A DNA stretch of 32,000 nt from Methanothermobacter marburgensis str. Marburg. Its GTDB lineage: Archaea > Methanobacteriota > Methanobacteria > Methanobacteriales > Methanothermobacteraceae. This document shows positions 1-9,398 of the stretch, piece by piece. The stretch spans positions 930,001 through 962,000 of the forward strand of contig NC_014408.1 in the NCBI RefSeq assembly GCF_000145295.1. The letters are read 5' to 3'. Every line of letters starts with the position of its first letter. Within the stretch, counting starts at the first letter, position 1. Made by a program: the position numbers and the translations under genes. The notes under the pieces were generated by a model. The model was not told where the DNA came from. It ran no database searches and saw only the letters and a program-made list of their open reading frames with translations.

Positions 1-227
1 TGGAATCAGAGATCCGTGAGGCAGGGACCATAGAGGAGGCCAGGAACATAATAGAGGAGAAGAGGGGCATAATATCCTTCATGTGGTGCGGTGATGAGGA
101 GTGCGGCATGGATGTTGAGGAGAAGGTCCGGGTGGATATCCTTGGGATACAGGAGGGTGGAAGCGGTAAATGCATGAACTGTGGTAGAGACGCCCCCTAC
201 AGGGCATACCTTGCCAGAACCTACTAG
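1..227 (+). CDS. proS: prolyl-tRNA synthetase, C-terminal end (5' part lies outside the window)
   Basis: Frame is open from the window edge (codons from nt 3) to TAG 225-227. It translates ...GKCMNCGRDAPYRAYLARTY*, a Cys-pair zinc-binding tail ending in a terminal Tyr, the hallmark C-terminus of archaeal/eukaryal-type ProRS. Confidence 0.65.
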   Translation, partial: ESEIREAGTIEEARNIIEEKRGIISFMWCGDEECGMDVEEKVRVDILGIQEGGSGKCMNCGRDAPYRAYLARTY

Positions 228-941
228 ATGGGAGATTGGATGAACGCAAGAATCCTTCTTGTCATCAGCCTGATATTCATCTTCGCATTTCTGAGCGGAG
301 GGATAGGCTACATCACACTGGGAGGCCCAGACCTTGCATCGGCCGTCAGCGATGGTAGTGCAGAGGTTATACAGAAGGGGAGCGCCGGTAACGTTCCGAA
401 TACTGTGGAAATAAGGAACACGGGGGATAAACCTGTACGGGTTGACAGCGGCACCCTGCTGGCCTCAAACACTTCGGGTGACCTTGTAATTGCCACAGAC
501 ACCCATGTGAGCCCCGGCTCTGCAGAGGATGTTCCCGCATACTCAGTGGAACCCGAGGAGAGGACCGTGCCGGGGGTTAAACTGAAACCCGCCGGTAAAG
601 CCCCGGCACTAATGGTGGATGTCCTCTCATCATCGAACCCTTCAGATCCGGCTGAGGCGTTCAACACACAGCTCAAGCTCTGGGTGCTTGCAAGGGGCGA
701 TGAACTCAACATATACCGTGGAGAGGTTTACGCCATGGTTAAAAAGAGGGATATGAGGTTCTACCAGCTCAGGGAGAACATCACAGCGGTGCGGTCAGAG
801 CTCATGGATGAGTACAGGCTCACAGAGGAACAGCTCTCAGAGCTGAACATCACCAGCCCAATCCTAAACCAGACAGAAAGTCCCTTTAAACTGTTCTCAG
901 TACTTGATGCCCTGAAGAACCAGATCGGAGCAAGACAATGA
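228..941 (+). CDS. hypothetical membrane-anchored protein
   Basis: 237-codon ORF abutting the proS stop (TAGATG). It has an N-terminal hydrophobic helix (ILLVISLIFIFAFLSGGIGYI), then a soluble domain with several N-x-S/T sequons. Its stop overlaps the next start (ATGA). ATG at 240, preceded by GGAG, is an alternative start. No family recognised. Confidence 0.6.
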   Translation: MGDWMNARILLVISLIFIFAFLSGGIGYITLGGPDLASAVSDGSAEVIQKGSAGNVPNTVEIRNTGDKPVRVDSGTLLASNTSGDLVIATDTHVSPGSAEDVPAYSVEPEERTVPGVKLKPAGKAPALMVDVLSSSNPSDPAEAFNTQLKLWVLARGDELNIYRGEVYAMVKKRDMRFYQLRENITAVRSELMDEYRLTEEQLSELNITSPILNQTESPFKLFSVLDALKNQIGARQ

Positions 942-1609
942 AGACCTGCGCCATAATACCTGTTTCAAGGTTTGCACATGCAAAGACACGGCTATCCCCC
1001 ACACTTTCACCGTCAGAACGGGAGGGGCTGCTCAGGGCCATGCTGATGGATGTTTCAGAGGCCCTCAGGAGACACGTTGACCGTGTGCTGGTGATCAGTG
1101 CAGATGCAGATGTCCTTGAATACGCCTACAGCCTTGGAGTCGATATACTTGAGGAGAGGGGTAGAAAGGACCTCAACGGTGCCCTGGAACAGGCTGCTGA
1201 GTTCTGCATACCCGAATTTGAGAGGGTCATGATAACACCCTCAGACATACCCCTCATAGGGAAAACCGATATCACTGAACTCCTCCACAGGGCATCCCAC
1301 TTTGATGTTGTGATAGCCCCTGCCAAGGGTGGCGGGACCAACACCCTGATATTCAGGCCAGGGTCCATGAGGCTGAGGTTTGGTGACTGCAGCTTCTTTG
1401 AGCATGTGAGTGAAGCTGAGAGTAGGGGTCTCAGCGTCTCAGTGTATGACTCATTCTACCTTTCACTGGACGTTAACACAGCAGAGGACCTCGGGGAGAT
1501 AATACTCCATGGAGAAGGGACCCATGCAAGGGAGTACCTCAGAAAGCTCAGTTTCATCGTGAGGCCCTCAAGGGGTTCTGACAGGCTTGAGGTTTCAAGA
1601 TCATTCTAG
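938..1609 (+). CDS. cofC: 2-phospho-L-lactate guanylyltransferase (F420 biosynthesis), CofC family
   Basis: 223 aa. The N-terminus CAIIPVSRFAHAKTRLSP..ER..LLRAMLMDV and the later PAKGGGTN are typical of CofC/MobA-like nucleotidyltransferases. ATGA overlap with the upstream gene. Confidence 0.7.
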   Translation: MKTCAIIPVSRFAHAKTRLSPTLSPSEREGLLRAMLMDVSEALRRHVDRVLVISADADVLEYAYSLGVDILEERGRKDLNGALEQAAEFCIPEFERVMITPSDIPLIGKTDITELLHRASHFDVVIAPAKGGGTNTLIFRPGSMRLRFGDCSFFEHVSEAESRGLSVSVYDSFYLSLDVNTAEDLGEIILHGEGTHAREYLRKLSFIVRPSRGSDRLEVSRSF

Positions 1610-1617
1610 GTGAGACC

Positions 1618-2397
1618 ATGATGGCTCTTTCAATCGCTGGTTTTGATCCATCAGGTGGGGCAGGGATCCTCGCCGATATCAAGACATTCTCTGCCCTTGG
1701 AGTTTACGGTGCAGGGGTTATAACTGCACTCACTGCCCAGAACGTGAGGAGGGTTTCGGGTGTAATGGCCGTGCCCCCTGAATTTGTTGCCGAGCAGATC
1801 GACCTTGTGATGGAGGACCTGAATATAGTGCACGCCAAGACAGGTATGCTCTACAGTGAGGAGATAGTGCTGACAGTTGCAGAGAAGATCAGGAAATATG
1901 ACTTACAGGTTGTTGTGGACCCTGTGATGGTGGCGGCATCCGGAGGCAGCCTATCTGCAGGTGGTTTTTCTGATGCGCTTAGAGATCATCTGCTCCCTGA
2001 GGCACTCATAGCAACACCAAATGTTGCAGAGGCAGAAAGGCTTTCAGGGGTCCCCATAAGAACCGTGGATGACGCAGTGAGGGCTGCAGGGGTCCTGGGT
2101 GAAATCTGCGATGTGATAATAACCGGGGGCCACCTGGGTGGTAATAATGTGCTCTGCATTGACGGTGACGTATCCGTCCTTGAGGGTGAACTGGTAGAGA
2201 GCAGGAACACCCATGGAAGCGGGTGCTCATTTTCAGCTGCAACCACTGCATACCTTGAGATGGGCCTTGAACTGGCTGATGCCCTTAGAAAGGCTGGGGA
2301 CTTTGTAAGGGAGGCCATAAGGTACGGGCACCATGGTACCCTCAACCAGTTCTGGATGTACGGTGAACAGGTTAGTGCTGAAGACCTGCACGACTGA
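1618..2397 (+). CDS. thiD: hydroxymethylpyrimidine/phosphomethylpyrimidine kinase
   Basis: 259 aa. ALSIAGFDPSGGAGILADIKTFSALGVYGAGVITALTAQN is the canonical ThiD N-terminus, with HGSGCSFSAA near the C-terminus. GGTGA SD 4 nt upstream of the ATG. Confidence 0.85.
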   Translation: MMALSIAGFDPSGGAGILADIKTFSALGVYGAGVITALTAQNVRRVSGVMAVPPEFVAEQIDLVMEDLNIVHAKTGMLYSEEIVLTVAEKIRKYDLQVVVDPVMVAASGGSLSAGGFSDALRDHLLPEALIATPNVAEAERLSGVPIRTVDDAVRAAGVLGEICDVIITGGHLGGNNVLCIDGDVSVLEGELVESRNTHGSGCSFSAATTAYLEMGLELADALRKAGDFVREAIRYGHHGTLNQFWMYGEQVSAEDLHD

Positions 2398-2711
2398 TTC
2401 AAAAGTTTCATATTATTCCTGTTACATAAGGCTGCAGAGGCTGCCTGTTTATCTGCAGGAAGGCAGAACCCAGCATATCATTCGATACCCATCACAAACT
2501 CTTTTTCATGGAAAAACTGAAAAATTCCACCTTCTTCTTCATCAAAGCACTGATTCATCCCTCAAAAAAATTATTTACTGAGAAGTAATTTACCTGAAAG
2601 TAAACTAATTTATTCCAGTTCCATGAACCAGAATAATTAAACTAGTCATGCCATGATAACTTGGATGAGAAGGATTGGGTGAAAACCAGAGCAAGGCCTG
2701 AAGGTAACCAG

Positions 2712-2716
2712 AAAAA
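2712..2716 (-). terminator. oligo-T tract just downstream of the purA stop
   Basis: The minus strand reads TAATTATTTTTCTGG after the purA stop. Oligo-T tracts act as archaeal termination signals. Lies in a 320-bp AT-rich convergent intergenic region. Confidence 0.3.
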
Positions 2717-2719
2717 TAA

Positions 2720-3742
2720 TTAGAGCAGCTCATCCCTGAGGTCAATGGTATCCTCAAGGGATGGACCCGTGGATATTATGGTGACCGGAACACCGGTTTC
2801 GGATTCTATTTCCTCTATGAAACGTTTCACTTCGGCTGAGAGGTCAGAGTACTCCCTGACACGTTCACATTGAGGGTAGAGTCTGTCGACACAGGTAACA
2901 GCGATCTGTGTGGCACCGTTGATCATGCAGGACTCCCTGGCCATCTCCATATCAAACAGGCCAATCCTCCTTCTTCTGCCGGTGACCGTCCCGTACTCCT
3001 CAAGACCGAGCTCCTCTGCCTCCTCCTGGCTGATCTCGGTAGGGAAGGGGCCCTCACCAACCCTTGTGATGTATGATTTGAAGACCGCTATGACCTCATC
3101 AACCCTTGTGGGTCCAATACCCACATCAGCCGCAGCTGTGCTTGCGGTGGTGTCCTTGCTTGTAACATAGGGATATGTGCCGTAGTAGAGTGAAAGACCG
3201 AATCCCTGGGATCCCTCCACAAAGACGTCCTCCCCCTCATCCAGGGCCTCGTTGACCTCCATGGGGACGTCTGTAAGGAAATCCTCCAGTTCACTCACAT
3301 CACGTGCAAGTTTCGCTGTCCTCATGACGCGGTCTGCGTTGGCGGGTCCGCATCCTGTACCCGTGCTCCCTATCTTCTTGGAGAGGTAACTGGATGACTG
3401 GTCCTGTTCCTTGTGCTTCTTCTCTATTATGGCGCACCTGTAGTCGACACCTGTCCTCTCTGCTACACTGTACTTTGAGAGATACTCCATTTCATGGAGG
3501 AAGACCTCAGGGTCAACCAGAACCCCGGCACCTATGAGGAGCCTTGCATCCTCATGGAAGAAGCCTGAGGGTGTGAGGCGGAGTCCGTACTTATCACCCC
3601 TGAATTCAACTGAATGGCCCGCGTTGGGTCCCACCCCTGCCCTTGCTATTATTGATGGCCTGTCATTGTAACATAGATAGGTTATGCATTTACCTTTACC
3701 TTCGTCACCCCATCCTCCTCCAACTAAAACGGTGCACGTCAT
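2720..3742 (-). CDS. purA: adenylosuccinate synthetase (short archaeal form)
   Basis: 340 aa. Contains [11 protein letters not shown] (P-loop), GPNAGH and [11 protein letters not shown], all AdSS signature segments. Confidence 0.9.
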   Translation of the reverse strand: MTCTVLVGGGWGDEGKGKCITYLCYNDRPSIIARAGVGPNAGHSVEFRGDKYGLRLTPSGFFHEDARLLIGAGVLVDPEVFLHEMEYLSKYSVAERTGVDYRCAIIEKKHKEQDQSSSYLSKKIGSTGTGCGPANADRVMRTAKLARDVSELEDFLTDVPMEVNEALDEGEDVFVEGSQGFGLSLYYGTYPYVTSKDTTASTAAADVGIGPTRVDEVIAVFKSYITRVGEGPFPTEISQEEAEELGLEEYGTVTGRRRRIGLFDMEMARESCMINGATQIAVTCVDRLYPQCERVREYSDLSAEVKRFIEEIESETGVPVTIISTGPSLEDTIDLRDELL

Positions 3743-3823
3743 ACTGATTCTCCTTAAAATTTCTGCCTCTCATATATTAAGGGGTATGCAATAAAAGTTT
3801 TTCCCAAAGTGCCACTGAGTTAC

Positions 3824-5152
3824 TCATACCTTCTTTCTTATTATCCTCTCAAAGAGCATGGGGGTGAATCTCCTCTGGAGTGCTATAAGGACATGCTGCT
3901 GGAGGGCCTCCTCCATGGTTTCAAGGGTCAATCTGTCCTCACCCTTCCTTATCCTCACGGCCTGGGCTATCTGGGCTATATCCCTTGCATGGGCAAAGGT
4001 TGGCTGGAGGCCCTCGCCTCCCTCGGTCATCGGCCTGTAGACCTTTGCAAACCTTTCAAGGACCTCAGGGTCGTATTCCTCCCCCATTGATTCAAGATTG
4101 CGCTTGAAGACCTCCACTATCTCATCCACACTGGGTTTTTCAAGGTGCACATGCAGCGGCGCCCTCCTGAGGTGGGCCTCGTCCATTATTGTTATGTCAA
4201 GGTTGGTTGAGAAGGCGGGTATGAAGTGTGTGTGGACGATTATCGGTGACCCCTTAACGTAGATCATGTCCTTCTTGTTCTCCAGTGGGACGATGAGGCG
4301 GTTCAGGAGGGCGTTGTGGTCCTCCTTCTGCCTTCCAAGGTCGTCGATGAGTAGCACCCCACCATTGGCCTTTATTATGGGGGATGTCTCATAGACACCC
4401 TTGTTGGGGTCAAATCTGGTTTCAAGTTTCTCACTTGTAAGTTCGGACCCTGTGAAGACAAAGGGGGCGTATATCTTAACCCACCTTGGGTCCTCTGGCT
4501 GTTCAGGGCATGCACGATGGAAGTCAGGGTCATAGAACTGTATGACCTGTTCACTGAACTCCACATACCGTGGTATGACCAGTGGAGGTAGAAGGTCTGA
4601 CATCTTGCTTGTTATGAAGGTTTTACCTGTACCAGGTGGCCCGTAGATGAATAATCCCTTACCACCTATCGCGCCCTCGATGAGTGTCTTCTTTGCGCTT
4701 TCATTTCCCACCACGTCACTGAAGGCCTTATCTATGACCTCCTGGGGGATCCTTATCGGGAATCTTCCCTCAAGCTGCCTGCCCATGATTTCAAAGTAGC
4801 GGTCATAGCTTACAGGTGCCATCCCCATGTACGGGTTCTCCCTGAGGAGTTTATCTGCCTGTTTCCTCCCCTGTTTCTTGATGGTGTAGGTTACACTGGG
4901 AAAGAGGAAGCCCCCACCTGTGGGGGCGCAGAGTTCATCCTTCTCCATCTCCTTGAGGCACTCCTCAAGTATGTCCACATGTAGACCTGTTATCTCATGT
5001 ATCCTGTTAACCTGTATGCTACCATAGGTTGCTATGATCTTCAGAAGGAGGTTTTTTATGAAGTTAACTGAGAGGTCTATCTCATCCAGTGTCTTTGGCT
5101 GTTTGAGCAGCTCAAAGAGTTCCTGCATTTTTTTATCATGGTAGTAATCCAT
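3824..5152 (-). CDS. AAA+ ATPase (ChlI/ComM/Lon-like helix-2-insert type) with a probable N-terminal winged-helix domain
   Basis: 442 aa. Walker A IYGPPGTGKTF; about 90-aa insert; Walker B-like GGVLLIDDLGRQ followed by NALLNRLIVPLENKK...HFIPAFSTNLD, laid out as in Mg-chelatase/ComM-type ATPases. N-terminal ~100 aa looks wHTH-like (inference). Strong SD AGGTGAGGAGTGG upstream of the ATG. Confidence 0.7.
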   Translation of the reverse strand: MDYYHDKKMQELFELLKQPKTLDEIDLSVNFIKNLLLKIIATYGSIQVNRIHEITGLHVDILEECLKEMEKDELCAPTGGGFLFPSVTYTIKKQGRKQADKLLRENPYMGMAPVSYDRYFEIMGRQLEGRFPIRIPQEVIDKAFSDVVGNESAKKTLIEGAIGGKGLFIYGPPGTGKTFITSKMSDLLPPLVIPRYVEFSEQVIQFYDPDFHRACPEQPEDPRWVKIYAPFVFTGSELTSEKLETRFDPNKGVYETSPIIKANGGVLLIDDLGRQKEDHNALLNRLIVPLENKKDMIYVKGSPIIVHTHFIPAFSTNLDITIMDEAHLRRAPLHVHLEKPSVDEIVEVFKRNLESMGEEYDPEVLERFAKVYRPMTEGGEGLQPTFAHARDIAQIAQAVRIRKGEDRLTLETMEEALQQHVLIALQRRFTPMLFERIIRKKV

Positions 5153-5187
5153 TCAACCACTCCTCACCTAAGAATCTGTCTCTCTGA

Positions 5188-5195
5188 TAATATAA
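5188..5195 (-). promoter_or_regulatory. candidate TATA box for the AAA+ ATPase gene
   Basis: Minus strand TTATATTA lies 36-43 nt upstream of the ATG at 5152, leaving room for a short SD-containing leader. Confidence 0.3.
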
Positions 5196-5390
5196 TAGGT
5201 TGGGTAACTTAAGCTTTGGCCATCAGTGAATCTACCACCGTACATTATGAGGAGCGGTTATGATTGTACCACTGCAGTTATGTGTTGCGCTAAGAGGAAT
5301 GCCTCAAAAAAGGAGTTTCTTAAGTTCTCACATGTAAATTTCAGTTCATCATATTTCAAAGCCATTGCTGACTGGGCCGTCCTATCTGGC

Positions 5391-5963
5391 TCACACACAT
5401 ATGAATTTCAGTTCATCGTCCAGTTCAATGTTTATCATATCCCTGTTGAGGTAGATCTCCTGTAGGATATCGTCTTCCATGTGGAGGACATATATGTCGG
5501 GCTCTATTTTTTCCATGAAGTCCTCAAATGTGTTATCTGCGAATTCTGTGAGTTTATCAACCACCGTCCCCATAACATTCACCGTGAACTCATATTCGGC
5601 TTCAAGGGGGTCTACGAATTCAAATACCATGTCCACGTCCAGCCAGCCCGGTTCCTGGAACGCCTTCGAGATGACTATGAAGTACTCCTTATCAACCGAG
5701 ATCGAGTCCCTCAGGTAGTCCCTTTTCTTTTCATAGATCCACCACATGAATGATCGGTGCGGCTCATGGTACCTCTCCTCTATGGCCTCCCTTACGAAAC
5801 GGTCCATGAGTTCAGGGAGTTTTTCTAGGAATACTGCCTCATAGAGTGTGTTGAAGACGGTTATGTACTCATCACGGAACCATATCTCCTCTATATGCCT
5901 GAGGTACCTCTCCATGATTGCCTGCTTTTTCTCATTATCCAGTTCAGCCAGTCTCAGAAACAT
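5391..5963 (-). CDS. hypothetical acidic cytoplasmic protein
   Basis: 190-codon ORF with no TM segment, rich in E/D/F/Y. No family recognised. The antisense ORFs are shorter and lack signals. Confidence 0.55.
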   Translation of the reverse strand: MFLRLAELDNEKKQAIMERYLRHIEEIWFRDEYITVFNTLYEAVFLEKLPELMDRFVREAIEERYHEPHRSFMWWIYEKKRDYLRDSISVDKEYFIVISKAFQEPGWLDVDMVFEFVDPLEAEYEFTVNVMGTVVDKLTEFADNTFEDFMEKIEPDIYVLHMEDDILQEIYLNRDMINIELDDELKFICV

Positions 5964-6265
5964 CCAAAGCCTCCTTTAATTTTGATGGGACCTCCCCTGC
6001 CCATCTGTGTGCTGCATAACCCCCATAATAAAGGTGAAAAAGTAAATAATTATCATATATAAGTTTTCTGGTGGTTCAGGTTACTCATGGAAGCTGAGAT
6101 GAGGGAAACGGATTAACTGCGTTAAACTTACCTATTACGAAGGTGATTCCAGGGTGTAAAGAATTTTTAACCGGAATTTGAAATGATATAATGGGGCTGT
6201 GCCGGGGATATGGATTGCCAGAAAGAAACCCGGTGCCCCCAAGCTCAGAAACAAAAAAATGAGAT

Positions 6266-6622
6266 ATGAAAGTCATATGTGAAAACTGCGGGAAAGAGAA
6301 CCCTGAAAACCGCAAATTCTGTTCAGAATGTGGAAAACGCATTAAAAAGAAAACTTCCATGGGCCGTGGAATAGAAGCCCCCTACCCCGGAAAATGTGGC
6401 ATGAAACCAGTTAATTACACCGCATCAGGGGCCCTTAGTGACCCCTGCAGCTATAGGAGTGGTCTCACAGCCAGTGAGTTCATATTTATACTTCTATTCT
6501 CACCACCAGCCGGCCTAATAGGATTCCTTGTATGGTACGGTAAAAAGCCAAGGAGGGCACGGCAATCCCTCACCATCGCCCTGGTGATGTTCCTTTTTTT
6601 CATGATCATATTCCTGTTCTAA
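6266..6622 (+). CDS. zinc-ribbon membrane protein
   Basis: 118 aa. The N-terminus MKVICENCGKENPENRKFCSECGKRI is a CxxC...CxxC zinc ribbon. The C-terminal half has two hydrophobic helices. Confidence 0.6.
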   Translation: MKVICENCGKENPENRKFCSECGKRIKKKTSMGRGIEAPYPGKCGMKPVNYTASGALSDPCSYRSGLTASEFIFILLFSPPAGLIGFLVWYGKKPRRARQSLTIALVMFLFFMIIFLF

Positions 6623-6630
6623 AATGCAAT

Positions 6631-7104
6631 TCAAATTTTAAAATGGGCCCCCTCCATTTCAAGAAGCCGCACCTTAAGATCAACACCGCCCTGGTAACCC
6701 CCGGGTTTTCCATCACTTCTTATGACACGGTGGCATGGGATGATAAGGGGAAAGGGGTTCCTGGCGAGTGCCCCCGCCACGCTCCTGGGCCCCCCTCCAG
6801 CAGCCCCCGCAACCTCAGCATAGGTCATGGTGGACCCACGGGGGATACCCATGACCACCCGAAGAACCCCCCTCTGATAGCCGGTGCATACCCTGAAATC
6901 AAGTACCGCTGGATCAAAGGGGACATCCTCACCATCAAGAAATCTGTTCAGCGAATCAAGTACCCCGGAGATGGACTCACATCCAGAATCTGTGGGGGAT
7001 ACATTAACACCAACATCCCTACCTCTGATAAAGAAAACACGCTGAACCCTACCACCTGCACATTTAAGGCCGATACACGCCAGAGAATGTCTCAGCATAT
7101 ACAT
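6631..7104 (-). CDS. ogt: methylated-DNA--protein-cysteine methyltransferase
   Basis: Active-site motif IIPCHRVI, preceded by MTYAEVA...GGPRSVAGALARNP. The ORF is open to a TTG at 7149, but that would abut the divergent kinase start. ATG at 7104 or 7098 is more plausible; the start is uncertain. Confidence 0.8.
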   Translation of the reverse strand: MYMLRHSLACIGLKCAGGRVQRVFFIRGRDVGVNVSPTDSGCESISGVLDSLNRFLDGEDVPFDPAVLDFRVCTGYQRGVLRVVMGIPRGSTMTYAEVAGAAGGGPRSVAGALARNPFPLIIPCHRVIRSDGKPGGYQGGVDLKVRLLEMEGAHFKI

Positions 7105-7148
7105 ACACTTAAATGTTCTAGATATTAAGGTATATATAGGGGAGTTCA

Positions 7149-9398
7149 ATGGACAGAAATCTCAAGATATTCCTCATAGCAGTAATAACCCTCTCATTCA
7201 TATCCCAGTTTTTAAGCTTCAAAAATGACCTTGTATCCCTTATAAATATCATAACAAACCTTGCCGCATTCCTGGGACTTCTATACGCCAGCATATACGC
7301 AAAAAAGGTCTACCCTCACCTCTACCTTACCCTGATACTCTTATCCGCTGGACAGTTCTTTTCATTCGTTGGTGACCTTACCTGGTTCATACTTGAAAGC
7401 ATACTACTACAGAGCCCCTTTCCCTCAGTTGCTGATGTGTTTTACCTCCTCTACTACCCCCTATTCGCTGCGGGAATATTCACTGTACCTGTAAGAAGGT
7501 ACTCCGACGTTAAATCACTCATCGATCTCCTCATAATCCTTGTGGCATCTGCATCAGCAGCCTGGGTTTTCCTTGTGAAGCCAACGGTACTTGCAGGGGG
7601 AAATCCAATGTATGTACTTGTAGCTGTCCTCTACATAGTGGGGGACCTGCTTATACTCTTCATGATAATGGATCTCATAATAAACAAGATGGGCAACTTC
7701 AGGTCAAGAACCATCTACATCTTCCTTGCAAGCATAGCGCTGCTACTCACAGCAGACATTTCATTCACCTATCAGACCATAACCGGAATCTATGCTAAGG
7801 GCACATTCCAGGACCTCTTCTGGGCATTCAGTTACATTATCCTCCTTGTTGCGGTTAATGAATTCTTCAATGAGGACTGGAACATGCCCACATACCTCAC
7901 AAGAAAGAGTTCAGTTGTTACATATATACCTTATGCATTCCTGGTCCTCTTCTACATTTTAACAGCCTACAGCCTAATTGAGACGGATGCTAAAAATTCA
8001 CCTGAACTTCTATTATCCCTTGGAATCATAATAGTCCTCTTTGTTGTAAGACAGCATCTCTCAATGAGGGAGAATACCATCCTGCTCAATGAGGTTGATA
8101 ATGAAAGAGAAAGGGCCGAGAACTACCTTGAGGTGGCGGGTTCCCTCATAATGGTGCTTGATGAGAATAGCCGCGTGAAACTCATAAACAGCAGGGGACT
8201 TGAAATCCTTGAATGTAAGCGTGGAGACGTTGAGGGTAAAAACTGGTTCATGGTCTTCGTACCCCCGGAGGATCGAAATTGGCGCGAGGGACTCTACAAA
8301 AAGAAGATCAGCTCCGGTGAGGGCGGCTACTATCTGACAGGGAACATAATAACATGTAAGGGTAATAGGAAGACCGTCGCATGGCACGTCAGGTTCCTCA
8401 GGGAAAACGGGGAGTTCATGGGGAGTATAATCTCAGGGGAGGATATAACGGAGGTAGAGAGGACCAGGAAGGCCCTTGAGATGAGTGAGAAGAGATACAG
8501 GGAGATATTCGAACTGGCGCCGAGCCCGATAATCTCACTGGAAGATGACCTCACCATAAGGGACTGTAACAACCGGACGGAATCCGTTCTGGGCTACCGG
8601 AAGGATGATTTGGAGGGAAGAGACCTCAGGGAACTTATACACCCTGAAGACTCAGGGGAGGATGTCGAGGGGATCCGGCGCCTCATCAAAGCCGATGGTG
8701 ATGTCATATACGGGAACCTCAAGCTCACACATGCCGGGGATGAACTGATCCTCATAGTGGAGGACCAGACAGATACAATCAGGTCCCTCAGGGAGAAGGA
8801 GCTGCTCCTCAGGGAGATACACCACCGCGTCAAGAACAACCTCCAGATAATATCAAGCCTCCTGAGTATACAGGAGCGTAAGCTTGAATCAGAGGAACTC
8901 TCAAGGCTCCTCAGGGAGAGCCGTGACCGTATAAGATCAATTGCCCTTGTCCATGAGCATCTCTACAGATCAACAGACCTCACAACCATAAGGATAAGTG
9001 ACTACCTCCTGAATCTCATCTCAAAGATAAGCCAGGGGCAGGTTGAGAAGGGTTCTCTCAGGATCAGGACAGATATAGATGACATTGAATTCAACCTTGA
9101 GACGAGCCTCCCCATTGGACTCATAGTCAATGAGCTTGTCAGCAATTCACTGAAGCACTCCGGTGCAGAGAACATCACCGTGGCATTAAAGGGGGTTGAT
9201 GGGATGTTTGAACTCGTAGTCTCAGATGATGGGGTTGGTGTCGAGTCACCTGATGCGCTGGAAAAGGCAGGTAGCATGGGATGGCACCTTGTAAATGCTC
9301 TTGCGAATCAGCTTGATGCTGAAATGAAAGTTGAAGCAAAGAAGGGCTTAACCGTCACCCTGAGGTTCAGGGAGCTTGGATACATAAAAAGGTACTGA
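7149..9398 (+). CDS. membrane sensor histidine kinase (multi-TM sensor, PAS region, HisKA_2 + HATPase_c)
   Basis: 749 aa. About 300 aa of repeated hydrophobic helices, then PAS-like segments. H-box EIHHRVKNNLQIISSLL (HisKA_2/HWE-type), N-box LIVNELVSNSLKH and G-boxes SDDGVGV and GWHLV. No response regulator gene is adjacent. Confidence 0.85.
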   Translation: MDRNLKIFLIAVITLSFISQFLSFKNDLVSLINIITNLAAFLGLLYASIYAKKVYPHLYLTLILLSAGQFFSFVGDLTWFILESILLQSPFPSVADVFYLLYYPLFAAGIFTVPVRRYSDVKSLIDLLIILVASASAAWVFLVKPTVLAGGNPMYVLVAVLYIVGDLLILFMIMDLIINKMGNFRSRTIYIFLASIALLLTADISFTYQTITGIYAKGTFQDLFWAFSYIILLVAVNEFFNEDWNMPTYLTRKSSVVTYIPYAFLVLFYILTAYSLIETDAKNSPELLLSLGIIIVLFVVRQHLSMRENTILLNEVDNERERAENYLEVAGSLIMVLDENSRVKLINSRGLEILECKRGDVEGKNWFMVFVPPEDRNWREGLYKKKISSGEGGYYLTGNIITCKGNRKTVAWHVRFLRENGEFMGSIISGEDITEVERTRKALEMSEKRYREIFELAPSPIISLEDDLTIRDCNNRTESVLGYRKDDLEGRDLRELIHPEDSGEDVEGIRRLIKADGDVIYGNLKLTHAGDELILIVEDQTDTIRSLREKELLLREIHHRVKNNLQIISSLLSIQERKLESEELSRLLRESRDRIRSIALVHEHLYRSTDLTTIRISDYLLNLISKISQGQVEKGSLRIRTDIDDIEFNLETSLPIGLIVNELVSNSLKHSGAENITVALKGVDGMFELVVSDDGVGVESPDALEKAGSMGWHLVNALANQLDAEMKVEAKKGLTVTLRFRELGYIKRY

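Noticed and set aside
2333-2581. 82-codon plus-strand ORF running from the end of thiD into the convergent intergenic region
   Set aside because: It overlaps thiD out of frame, then runs through AT-rich terminator-like DNA. No signals and an implausible composition.
2630-2700. Possible C/D-box sRNA (ATGATAA / ATGAGAA ... CTGA)
   Set aside because: The box sequences are imperfect, and the spacing does not fit the C-D'-C'-D layout. No terminal stem is seen.
6085-6360. 91-codon minus-strand ORF in the intergenic region that overlaps the zinc-ribbon gene start
   Set aside because: It has no SD or start context and overlaps a better-supported gene. The region looks like promoter or leader DNA.
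6643-7128. 161-codon plus-strand ORF
   Set aside because: It lies exactly antisense to the ogt gene, whose PCHRV active site is unambiguous. It is Pro/Gly-rich shadow sequence with no SD.
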